The position numbers were made by a program, and so were the translations under genes. From positions 210,914-274,913 of the forward strand of contig CAVSCE010000011.1 of NCBI GenBank assembly GCA_963726375.1: DNA of 64,000 nucleotides, given 5' to 3'. Below the pieces are notes generated by a model, which worked only from the letters and a program-made list of their open reading frames with translations, did no database searches and was not told where the DNA came from. This DNA is from an uncultured Chloroflexia bacterium. GTDB taxonomy: Bacteria > Chloroflexota > Anaerolineae > Anaerolineales > UBA4823. Of the stretch, positions 20,633 through 29,789 are shown in pieces (position 1 is the first letter of the stretch; the number at the start of each line of letters is the position of its first letter).

Positions 20633-20700
20633 TTGACAAATCCGAAAATGAGCGTTAAACTAGCAATAATTACATTTGTGATATTATATCACAAATGTGA
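20633..20700 (+). promoter_or_regulatory. Sigma70-like promoter followed by a 27-bp perfect palindrome, upstream of the PFP-type pfk
   Basis: TTGACA (20633..20638), 17 nt spacer, then TAAACT (20656..20661). The palindrome ACATTTGTGATAT-T-ATATCACAAATGT spans 20672..20698 and contains TCACAAATGTGA at 20689..20700. Confidence 0.55.
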
Positions 20701-20728
20701 CGAAATAGGCAGGTCTCAGGAGGTTGTC

Positions 20729-21946
20729 TTGACGAAGCTCAAAGGGAATCTTGTTGTCGGGCAGTCGGGTGGGCCGAGCGCTGTGATCAACGGCTCGGTC
20801 TGCGGTGTTGTTCAGGAGGCATTTCGACACCCGGAAATCGAAGAGGTTTACGGTATGCGCCATGGGATCGAAGGGTTGCTCCGCGAAGACCTGCTGGACT
20901 TTCGCAAGGAAGCGCCGGATGATATTGATGGGCTGCGCAAGACGCCTTCTTCTGCATTGGGATCCTGCCGCTTCAAGACCAGCGATGACGACCTGGAGCA
21001 GATCGTTCGGATCTGCCGGCTGCATAACATCCGCTTCTTCATGTATGCCGGCGGTGGAGATTCGATGGATACCGCAGACAGGCTTTCAAGAGCCGCATCG
21101 GCTCAAAATTTTGAGATGCGGATCATCGGCGTCCCTAAAACGATTGACAACGATCTTCCTGTCACCGACCACTCTCCGGGATACGGCTCGGCGGCGCGCT
21201 ATATCGCGACGATATGTACCGAGATGAAGCGAGATGCGATCGCACTGCGTCACACTGAAAGGGTCAAGATCCTCGAGACGATGGGCCGCAACAGCGGCTG
21301 GCTGGCAGCAGCCTCGGCGCTCGCCGATGATTACGCCCCGGACCTGATCTATCTCCCAGAACGGCGGTTGACAGAAGACCAGATCCTGGCGGATATCGAC
21401 GACTTGCTCCGCACAAAGGGTTTCGTCTTCCTGGCCGCTAACGATGGATTGAGAAAGCCGGACGGGAGCTTCATCTCGATGAATACCGATCCGCTGAACA
21501 CCGATGCCTTCGGCCACCCGGAGCCGGGTGACCTGGGCAAATATCTCGCCGATCTGGTGATGACGAAGCTGAAGGTCAAAGCGCGCGCCGATAAACCCGG
21601 GATCATCCAGCGCTGCGCCGGGCAGTTTATCTCTCCAGCGGATGCGGACGAAGCTTATCGCGTCGGGCAGCGGGCGGTCATCCAGGCTGCCGCCGGCGAG
21701 AGCGGGCAGATGATCACGCTCGTCCGCGAGCCTGGCGAGCCTTACGTCTGCTCTACCGGCGCTGTCCCGCTCGGTCTGGTCTCGAACCTTGAAAAATTAG
21801 TCCCAGGCGAATACATCCATCCGTCTGGAAACCAGGTTGCGGAAAAATTTAAGGAATATGCTCGCCCGCTGATCGGCGGGCCTCTCCCGGATTATGTCAC
21901 GCTGAAAGCTTTTCCGGTCAAGAAGCTTCTGAAGCAGCCATCCTGA
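20729..21946 (+). CDS. Phosphofructokinase, long PFP(PfpB)-like type; phosphoryl donor not resolvable from sequence
   Basis: TTG start with AGGAGG 5 nt upstream, within ORF 20459..21946. Has GQSGGPSAVINGSV, GGGDSMDT, GVPKTIDNDL and MGRNSGW. Length 405 aa. Confidence 0.8.
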   Translation: MTKLKGNLVVGQSGGPSAVINGSVCGVVQEAFRHPEIEEVYGMRHGIEGLLREDLLDFRKEAPDDIDGLRKTPSSALGSCRFKTSDDDLEQIVRICRLHNIRFFMYAGGGDSMDTADRLSRAASAQNFEMRIIGVPKTIDNDLPVTDHSPGYGSAARYIATICTEMKRDAIALRHTERVKILETMGRNSGWLAAASALADDYAPDLIYLPERRLTEDQILADIDDLLRTKGFVFLAANDGLRKPDGSFISMNTDPLNTDAFGHPEPGDLGKYLADLVMTKLKVKARADKPGIIQRCAGQFISPADADEAYRVGQRAVIQAAAGESGQMITLVREPGEPYVCSTGAVPLGLVSNLEKLVPGEYIHPSGNQVAEKFKEYARPLIGGPLPDYVTLKAFPVKKLLKQPS

Positions 21947-22029
21947 GCCAATCAAAAGACCTGAGAGTTGTGGAAATCCGTCAGCCTTCGTCGATTTTCT
22001 CGATCTCCGAACCAGAAAGGAAGCCATCC

Positions 22030-23187
22030 ATGGGTAAACCAGCGCTCACGCCTCGCGAGAGAGTCATCATGGCGATCAACCATCAGGAGCCGGACCGGGT
22101 TCCCTTCGACCTCTACCTTAGCGCGGCGGCGTACCATGAGCTCCGGGCTTATCTCGGCCTCCCACCGGATCCGGATCAAAAGGTGGGCATCTGGTCGGAG
22201 GTCTCTCCGGCTGTCGACCTGCTCGATGCGATCCGCGTGGATTTCCTTTATATCGGATTGAACCCGGCATCCAAACCCTCGCCTCTGGCTCGAGACGACG
22301 GTCTGCTGTACGACCAGTGGGGAGTGGGGCGGAAGAAAGTCGAGCTGCCCGAGGGTGGAAGCTATTACGAAATGGAGCGCTATCCGCTGGCGAATCCGAC
22401 TCTTCAGAGCATTGCGGAGTACCCCTGGCCGGATCCTTATGATCCCCGAAGGGTGGAGGGGCTGCGCGAAAAATTCCTGCAGGCGCAGCGGGAATCGGAT
22501 AAGGCGATTGTCAGCCGGTTCGCTACCTCAATCTGGGAGCAGGCCACCTATCTGGTCGGATTCCAGGAATTCCTGGAGCTGGCTGTGCTCCAGCCCGAGA
22601 TCGCTGAGGCTGTGCTGGATAGGACTACCGAGGTCGCGATGGGCATGGCGGATGTGGGGATCGGGGCCGTCGGCGACCTGATCGACATCTACCGGATGAG
22701 CGGCGAAGACATGGGCACCCAGCGCTCGCCGCTGATCTCCCCCAGGATGTACGCCCGCCTGGTCGAGCCGCGCTTCAGACGCTATTGGAAATTCATCAAG
22801 CAAAAATTGTCTGAAGCAGGCTCCTCGGCGAAGATCATGGTCCATTCCTGCGGGACGGTTCGCGCCTTCCTGCCGAGCTGGATCGAGATGGGCCTGGATA
22901 TCCTCGACCCCGTCCAACCCCTGGCTTTGGGGATGGAGCCCGAAGGCTTGAAGCGTGACTTCGGTCGGGAGCTGACCTTCCACGGCGGGATCGATCTGCA
23001 GGAGCTGCTGCCGAAGGGAACTCCGGAGCAGGTCATGGAAGGAGTCCGCGATATGATCCGGACCTTGGGTCCTGGCGGCGGGTACATCGTCTCTCCGGCG
23101 CATAACGTCCAGCAGGATGTCCCGCCAGAGAACCTGGTCGCGATCCGTGATGCGATCGAGCTGTATGGAGCTTACCCGATCCAATAA
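22030..23187 (+). CDS. Uroporphyrinogen-decarboxylase (URO-D) family protein, MtaA/CmuA-like; function unknown
   Basis: Starts MGKPALTPRERVIMAINHQEPDRVPFD within ORF 21970..23187. The N-terminus and ..HSCG..DILDPVQP.. are typical of the URO-D family. Confidence 0.7.
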   Translation: MGKPALTPRERVIMAINHQEPDRVPFDLYLSAAAYHELRAYLGLPPDPDQKVGIWSEVSPAVDLLDAIRVDFLYIGLNPASKPSPLARDDGLLYDQWGVGRKKVELPEGGSYYEMERYPLANPTLQSIAEYPWPDPYDPRRVEGLREKFLQAQRESDKAIVSRFATSIWEQATYLVGFQEFLELAVLQPEIAEAVLDRTTEVAMGMADVGIGAVGDLIDIYRMSGEDMGTQRSPLISPRMYARLVEPRFRRYWKFIKQKLSEAGSSAKIMVHSCGTVRAFLPSWIEMGLDILDPVQPLALGMEPEGLKRDFGRELTFHGGIDLQELLPKGTPEQVMEGVRDMIRTLGPGGGYIVSPAHNVQQDVPPENLVAIRDAIELYGAYPIQ

Positions 23188-23205
23188 GTAAAAGCGGATT
23201 GCCAG

Positions 23206-25649
23206 TCAGGCGATTTTGACCTCGACGCGCACTTCATCTCTCCCAGGTTCGGGGATGGGGAGGATGTTCCCTCGATTTCTTTTCCGTCAACGATCAATTT
23301 CGGCACTGTTCCCGGATCAGCCCGCTTGACCCGGATCTTGTACGTCACACCTCGATAAATTCGTTCGGCGCTGAACCCGGGCCAATCGTCGGGGATCACC
23401 GGGTCGACCTTCAATCCATCCAGCGTCGGGCGGATCCCGAGGATCCACTGGCTGATCGCGACGTAGTTCCACGAGGCTGTCCCGGTCAGCCAGGAGTTCT
23501 TGGCTTCGCCGTGGGTCGGGGCGTCCTTCCCGGCGATCATCTGAGCGTACACGTACGGCTCGCAGCGGTGGACTTCAGAAATTTCTTCCCGGAACGATGG
23601 ATTGATGCGCAGGTAATAATCGTGGGCGCTCCGCCGCGGCCCAACCGGGCTTCAGCGATCATGATCCAGGGGTTCGTGTGGCAAAAAATTCCTGCATTTT
23701 CCTTATATCCAGGCGGGTAGGTCGTGATCTCTCCGAGCCGCAGGTCATAGGCGGTATAAGCTGGCTGGTGCAGCACGATGCCGTGAGGCGTTGCAAGCCG
23801 CTCGGACACCGAATCGATCGCCTGGCGGGCCCGCCCGTCGACCAGCCCGATCCCGGCCATCACGCAGATGCCCTGCGGTTCGATGAAGATCTGACCCTGC
23901 TCGTTTTGAAGCGAACCGATCGGCTCGCCGAAAGCGTCGTATGCCCGCCGGAACCAGCTTCCGTCCCAGCCGCTCTGCAGGACCGTCTGTTCCATCTGTT
24001 GGGCCGCCAACCGATAACTCGCTGCCTCAGCTTGCCGGCCGATTTTTTCAGCGATATCTGCCATCTCCGCAGCTGCAAGCACGAACAGCCCGCCGATGAA
24101 GACCGATTCGGCAGCTTTTCCTTCCAGGTTGGTTGTTGTCTGGAACGATTCCCCGGGTTTTTCCGAGAAGCAGTTCAGGTTCAGACAGTCATTCCAATCG
24201 GCGCGCCCGATCAGAGGCAGGTTATGCGGCCCGATCCGGTCCAGCGTGTAGCGGATGCTGCGCTGCAGGTGGTCGTAGAGCGGTTGGGCAAGCGCCGGGT
24301 CGTTGTCGTAAGGAGTGGAAACATCCAGGATCGTGAAATCGCCGGTTTCTTTCAAATATGCCGAGACAGCCAGCACGAGCCAGAGCGGGTCGTCATTAAA
24401 ATTCGTGCCAACTTCGTTATTGCCGCGTTTGGTGAGCGGCTGGTACTGGTGGTACGCCCCACCGTCGGGAAGCTGGGTCGCCGCCAGGTCCAGGATTCGC
24501 TCCCTGGCGCGTTCCGGGATCATATGGAGGAATCCGAGCAGGTCCTGGTTGGAATCGCGAAAACCCATCCCGCGGCCGATCCCCGATTCGAAGTAGGAAG
24601 CCGAGCGGGACATATTGAAGGTGACCATGCACTGGTACGCGTTCCAGATATTCACCATGCGGTTCGTGTGCTCATCAGGCGTGTTCACCTGGAACCGATC
24701 TAAATGGGCGGACCATGATTCCACCAGGTTTCTGAACGCCTGCTCGACCTTATAGTCGTGGAGGTAATATTCGATGATGGGCCGGAGTCTGGTTTTATTG
24801 ATCCGGTTCGAGCCAGGCGGCTCGAATTTCTCCGCAAGGGGGTTGTGATGGATTCCGAGCAGGAAGATCGCCTGGCGCGTTTCACCGGGTTGGAGCGAAA
24901 GATCGATCTGCAGCGCGCCGATCGGCGACCATCCGTGAGCCTCACCGTTCAAAAGCTGCCCTTGCTCGACTGCCAGCGGCCGATCCCAGCCGCGGTAGGG
25001 GCCGATAAAGGCGTCTCGCCGGGTCTCGTAGCTGACCGGAGAAGGCGTGCAGGCAAAGAACGCGAAATGATCGCGCCGCTCGCGGTACTCGGTCTTGTGG
25101 TAGATCACGCCGTCTTCTACTTCGACCTCACCGGTGTTAAAATTTCTTTGGAAATTGGTGGCGTCATCGTGGGCGTCCCACAGGCAGAACTCGACCGCTG
25201 AAAAGATGGAGATTTTCTTTGTTGTATCGCCGTGGTTCGTCAGGCGGATCTGCCAGATTTCAAGGTCGGCAGACAGAGGCACAAAAAAGCGCGTCCAGGA
25301 GCGGATCGGGCCGCGCTGCGATTCTATTGTTGTGTAACCCAGCCCATGACGGCAGGTGTAGCTGTCTAACGCAGAGCGGTTCGGTTGGCCGGTTGGAGAC
25401 CAGGACTTCTCCGGTGGTATGATCGCGCAGGTAGATGCAGCGCCCGCCGGTGTCCAGGGGGACGTTGTTGTAGCGGTAGCGCGTGATCCGGCGCAGCCTG
25501 GCGTCGCGGTAAAACGAATAACCCCCGGCTGTGTTTGAGATCAGCCCAAACATCCTCTCCGAACCCAGGTAGTTGATCCAGGGCAAGGGGGTATCCGGGC
25601 GGGTGATCACGTACTCGCGTTGGGCGTCATCAAAATATCCGTATTTCAT
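23206..25649 (-). CDS. GH94 cellobiose/chitobiose-type glycan phosphorylase, three apparent frameshifts (~25398, ~23625, ~23275)
   Basis: N-terminus [55 protein letters not shown] (ORF 25260..25649). Core in ORF 23537..25282. C-part in ORF 23172..23552. The last residues [21 protein letters not shown]-stop appear in a further frame ending at 23206. Confidence 0.85.
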
Positions 25650-25961
25650 GGATCCATCATACCACAGCCGTCGTTTCCAAGATTCCAGACAAATCCCGTA
25701 GAATTATCAGACTAAGGTATGACATTTGGCACTGGCATTCAGGATGCAAGTGCTTAAAACGTTAGTATGCCGCCGTAGTTCGATCCCCATTGCACATGGC
25801 GGCAGGCAGTCTGCCAACCTGATAATCTCGCTTGAAGGATCATTGTAAATCATCGGCGCTTCCACATCCGAACGTTTCAGCGGGACGACCTTGCGGCGAT
25901 CCAGGACCTGCAGGACCGCTATGCTCTCTGGTATCCGGGTGCGAGCGCTCCTGCGGTCGAA

Positions 25962-26804
25962 GTGTATTGCTCTCCTGGATTTGGGAGCGGGGCGAATATC
26001 TTCTCCGCGTTCTCGTCCGACGGTACGCTGGTTGGATTTGCGCCGCTGCTGCCTGAGCTGGTAACCGACAGCCAGCCCGATGGCTCGCATATCATCTGGG
26101 CTGAGATCAAAGTCGATCCGGCAGCGGATGAAGCGGAACCACTGCGGGAAGCGCTGCTGGGCTGCGTGCTGGATCGTTCCACAGATCTTGTGAAGCGCCT
26201 GCCGCGCGGCCCAACCCAGGTGATTATTCAATCTGATCCGAACGAGACCTCGATCATCGAATTCCTGACCGGCGCTGGCTTTGTCCATACCGAGAGCGTG
26301 TTCCACATGCAGCGCGATCTTGGGGCCCCGATCGCAGCGGTGCTCGCGCCGCCCGGGATGAAATCAGTCCCCTGGCGGATGAAATCCGCAGCGGAGCAGC
26401 AGCTGTATGTCGATTCTCGAAACCTTTGCTTTCCCGAAAACCGTTTGAGCCTGGAAGATTGGTTGTATTTCCTGCAGTCACCGCTCTGGGAAGTTGGCGC
26501 CTGTCTGGCAGTGTTCGACGACGATGAGCTGGCCGGGAGCATAACGCTGTTTTGGGACGAGGCTCGCAATCGTGTGTCTGGGCGGTCGGTCGGCTCAACT
26601 GAATTCCTGTTCGTTCTGCCGCGCTGGCGCGGCCTGGGTCTGGGAAAATACCTGATCGCCCAGGGGTTGAGCTATCTCAAAAAGCACGGGCTGACGGAGG
26701 CGCAGCTTGAAGTCAGGGCGGCAAACATCGGCGCCCTCGGCCTTTACACCCAAATGGGCTACCAGGTCAACCGGGAAAGCTGGTTCCTGGTCAATACACT
26801 ATAA
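25962..26804 (+). CDS. GNAT-family N-acetyltransferase (two-domain, MshD-like layout)
   Basis: ORF has a GTG start. The C-terminal domain has FVLPRWRGLGLGKYL. The same frame stays open and GNAT-like upstream (FHIRTFQRDDLAAIQDL from ~25850) without a canonical start codon. Confidence 0.7.
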   Translation: MYCSPGFGSGANIFSAFSSDGTLVGFAPLLPELVTDSQPDGSHIIWAEIKVDPAADEAEPLREALLGCVLDRSTDLVKRLPRGPTQVIIQSDPNETSIIEFLTGAGFVHTESVFHMQRDLGAPIAAVLAPPGMKSVPWRMKSAAEQQLYVDSRNLCFPENRLSLEDWLYFLQSPLWEVGACLAVFDDDELAGSITLFWDEARNRVSGRSVGSTEFLFVLPRWRGLGLGKYLIAQGLSYLKKHGLTEAQLEVRAANIGALGLYTQMGYQVNRESWFLVNTL

Positions 26805-26811
26805 TCCCCGA

Positions 26812-27528
26812 TTATTCCGAATAAATCGCCAGGTATCCCGCCTCCTCGTGGAGGGAAATCAGGTCACTGTCCTCTTTCGACCAGGCGGTCAGCTCGGGTT
26901 CGAGCGCGAGCGCTTCTTTCAGTTCAGCTATCGCCCGCTCTTTTTGGCCTTCGAGTGCATGCTGGCAGGCCCGGTTGTAGATCACCGTCCCGTTCCATTT
27001 TCGATCATCAGGGGCCAGGGCAATCAACCCGGCGGTGACCGATCCCTGGAGCTCGCTCGATAAGCCCGGCTTGCCGAGATCGTTGAACACGATCCCCAGG
27101 TGGATCAGCGCATGTTCGACGAAGTTGAACACCAGGCCCTGCCAGAGCGGGCGATTGGATGGGAGCAGGTCGGTCCGCAGCAGGTCTTCCTCGCTCAAAT
27201 CGGCGAGCAGTGCCCGGATCGATTGGCGGGCGTCTTCGCTGCGCTGGAGCGATTGCTCCCAGGTCAGCGATCGGCAGGCCAGGAACTCCTGGTCGTTGAT
27301 CTCAAGATAATTTTCGTAATCGACGAAAGGCTCGCCGCGGCGAGCCCTTTGGATATTTTCAAGCTGGCGCACGCACCAGCCGGCGGAGTGGCAGATGTTG
27401 TCTTTCGCGGCCCAGGCGTTCAGCTCGCCGACCGCCTGGCGCTCGCCTTCACTCAGCAGGTCCCCAAGCTCAACTTCGGCCGCTTGCATCAAATCAAGCA
27501 GGCGCAGGATTTGTTCTTTCTTTGACAT
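26812..27528 (-). CDS. DinB/ClbS-like four-helix-bundle protein with a TPR-like C-terminal segment
   Basis: Intact 238-aa ORF. LNAWAAKDNICHSAGW and EHALIHLG resemble DinB-fold His motifs. The family call is tentative. Confidence 0.4.
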   Translation of the reverse strand: MSKKEQILRLLDLMQAAEVELGDLLSEGERQAVGELNAWAAKDNICHSAGWCVRQLENIQRARRGEPFVDYENYLEINDQEFLACRSLTWEQSLQRSEDARQSIRALLADLSEEDLLRTDLLPSNRPLWQGLVFNFVEHALIHLGIVFNDLGKPGLSSELQGSVTAGLIALAPDDRKWNGTVIYNRACQHALEGQKERAIAELKEALALEPELTAWSKEDSDLISLHEEAGYLAIYSE

Positions 27529-27907
27529 CGGGCTCTCCAGTCTTATCTTCGGATGATCGGCAGGTGGATGTTATTATATTTCACCGTGAGGAAACCGAAA
27601 GGCTGATTTTGCCGGGAAGGATGATCTCAGCCGGGCTGAAAGCGGCTTCAGAGAGACGATGGGGGGTGCTGAATTGGGCTGCGTATTGAATCGTATCATT
27701 GGTGTTAAATCTAATTCCCGGCGCCAGCTGGATGTGTCTTGGCTGGGGTATTGGTGGAAGAAAACATCATATCAGGAAAGGCCAGGCGCAAGAAAATTTT
27801 GAAAACGCTCGAGCCGACCGCTCTGAAGTGCTGAGGCGATCATCCATCCAGCGGGCAGGGCTCAAGTTCGTGGAAATATATCTCGGGGAAGTTTCCCCAA
27901 ACGCGGC

Positions 27908-28696
27908 TCAGAGCTCGATCGTCCCGTGCAGGTAAAGCACAGCCCGGCCGCCGATCTTCACACGCTCGCCGACCAGCTCGCAGACCAGCTCGCCGCCGCG
28001 GGCGGAGATCTGGCGGGACTCCAGCCGGTTCTTCCCCAACCGATTTGCCCAGTAGGGGATCAGCGTGCAGTGCGACGAGCCGGTCACCGGGTCTTCTGGG
28101 ACGCCGACTCGCGGCGCAAAGAAGCGCGAGACGAAATCGGATCCCTCTCCCGGCGCGGTCGCGATCACACCCAGGGCGTCCAGCTGCGCAAGGCGCTCGA
28201 AATTAGGCTGTAAGGCGGCCACCTCGGCTTCCGACTCAAACACGGCCAGCACGTCGCGCGCCCGGCTGACCTCGACCGGCGCGGCTCCCAATCCCTCGAG
28301 CAGCGCTGCAGGAGCTTCGTAAGGAAGCGGGGGCCGGCTCGGGAAATCCATCACCAGCAGCTCATGCTCATACGAGACGGTCAGCGGGCCGCTCAGCGTG
28401 TCGAATTGCACCGCCGGGGCATTAAAGCCCAGGCATTCCTTCAGCACGAAGGCGGTCGCCAGCGTGGCGTGCCCGCACAGGTCGACCTCCGCGCCGGGCG
28501 TGAACCAGCGCAGGTGGAAGCGCTCGGTCTCGTCTTTGAGCGGGACGAAGAAGGCGGTCTCGGCGTGGCGGTTTTCGGCCGCGATCTTCTGCATCGTCTC
28601 GGCCGGCAGCCAGGATTCAAGCGGGCAGACGCCTGCCGGGTTGCCGGCGAACAGGCGTGAGGTGAATGCGTCGACGTGATAGTAGGGGATTTTCAT
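27908..28696 (-). CDS. PhzF-family isomerase/epimerase
   Basis: Intact 262-aa ORF with MKIPYYHVDAFTSRLFAGNPAGV, ETAF, RWFTP..EVDLCGHATLA and GSSHC. Confidence 0.85.
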   Translation of the reverse strand: MKIPYYHVDAFTSRLFAGNPAGVCPLESWLPAETMQKIAAENRHAETAFFVPLKDETERFHLRWFTPGAEVDLCGHATLATAFVLKECLGFNAPAVQFDTLSGPLTVSYEHELLVMDFPSRPPLPYEAPAALLEGLGAAPVEVSRARDVLAVFESEAEVAALQPNFERLAQLDALGVIATAPGEGSDFVSRFFAPRVGVPEDPVTGSSHCTLIPYWANRLGKNRLESRQISARGGELVCELVGERVKIGGRAVLYLHGTIEL

Positions 28697-28958
28697 ATGG
28701 CGACCTCGGGAATTATTTCTGAGGATTATACCAATTCTGCTGCTCCAAGCCGAACTCTCCCTTTGGATGTCATAGTATTTCTAAATAATTCCAACAGGAG
28801 CTTCCGCTCTCGGGAATCTCTCACGGTCGTGGCTGTTCTTTCGAACGGGGGTGTTTTCCAAGATTTATCAGAATGTGATAAATGTCACTTGTTGCCAAAC
28901 TCAATAATTGTATATTATTGCGATATATAGCCTGGAGCAGCTTGGCAGCTTCATTCAG

Positions 28959-29789
28959 ATGCCTAAAAAATCATACCCAGTGGATGTCCCGATGCAAACA
29001 TTGAAGAAAACGGTAGTATTGGCATGTTTGTTCCTGACGATAATTTCGCCCGGTTCTGTTGAGGGGCTTCTCGAGCCTTCTTTCTCTTCAAGTGCCTCGG
29101 CAGATGCGCCAGAATTTCCGGGGATCGAGCGAATCTCGGTGGCGACGGATCGGACGCAGGGGAACGATTATTCATGGTTCCCTTCGATATCCTCCGACGG
29201 CCGATACGTGGCATTTCAGTCCGCTGCCACCACTCTGGTGAAAGGTGATACGAATGAAAATGCGGATATTTTTGTCCGTGATCGGATCACCGGGATCACC
29301 GAGCGGATTTCCGTATCCAGCGATGAGATCCAGGGGAATGGGGTATCTGGTGAGCCCTGCATTTCCGCCGACGGGCGATACGTTGTGTTCTGGTCGTATG
29401 CCAATAACCTGGTGGGTGGAGATACGAATGTTGGGGCAGATGTCTTCCTCCGAGACCAAATCAACGGGATAACCGAACGGGTTTCGGTTTCAAGCAGCGA
29501 AGTGCAGGGGGACAACTATTCTTTTGGTGCTTCCATCTCCGCGGATGGGCGATATGTAGCTTTTTGGAGCTACGCATCCAACCTGGTGAGCGGGCAAACC
29601 GACTATACGCCGAATATCTTCCTCCACGATCGGGTGAACGGGACGACGGATCTTATTTCTGTCCCAGTGGGCGGCGGTCAGTCGAACGGCTGGTCGCAAG
29701 ATCCTTCGATCTCATCTGATGGAAGGTTTGTAGCTTTGCCTACTCCGAAAATTATATTCGATACAGATCGTGATTTATGTCACAGATGA
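28959..29789 (+). CDS. Secreted PD40/TolB-like beta-propeller repeat protein, C-terminally truncated
   Basis: Signal-like MPKKSYPVDVPMQTLKKTVVLACLFLTIISPGSVEG. At least 4 repeats of DGRYVAF.S.A.NLV.GDTN...D.F.RD...G.TER.SVS. The last repeat breaks after DGRFVA at ~29740. Confidence 0.7.
   Translation: MPKKSYPVDVPMQTLKKTVVLACLFLTIISPGSVEGLLEPSFSSSASADAPEFPGIERISVATDRTQGNDYSWFPSISSDGRYVAFQSAATTLVKGDTNENADIFVRDRITGITERISVSSDEIQGNGVSGEPCISADGRYVVFWSYANNLVGGDTNVGADVFLRDQINGITERVSVSSSEVQGDNYSFGASISADGRYVAFWSYASNLVSGQTDYTPNIFLHDRVNGTTDLISVPVGGGQSNGWSQDPSISSDGRFVALPTPKIIFDTDRDLCHR

Noticed and set aside
20676-20694. Reading the palindrome core TGTGA-TATTATA-TCACA as a CRP/FNR-family site.
   Set aside because: The spacer is 7 nt, not the 6 nt of the CRP consensus. 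No CRP-like regulator is encoded nearby. The other four boxes have the opposite arm order (TCAC..TGTGA). The reading is kept only as an alternative, not as a call.
25735-25800. tRNA-like fragment (..GCCGCCGTAGTTCGATCCCCATTGCACATGGCGGCA..) with a T-loop-like GTTCGATCC.
   Set aside because: The flanking bases do not form a T-stem or acceptor stem. There is only a 7-bp inverted repeat (TGCCGCC/GGCGGCA). No cloverleaf can be drawn.
27529-27907. 380-bp non-coding gap between phzF and the DinB-like gene, considered as a candidate sRNA or riboswitch.
   Set aside because: It holds only a short GGGGAA/TTCCCC hairpin right after the phzF stop (27885..27898). I could recognise no conserved-looking structured motif or promoter/terminator pair.
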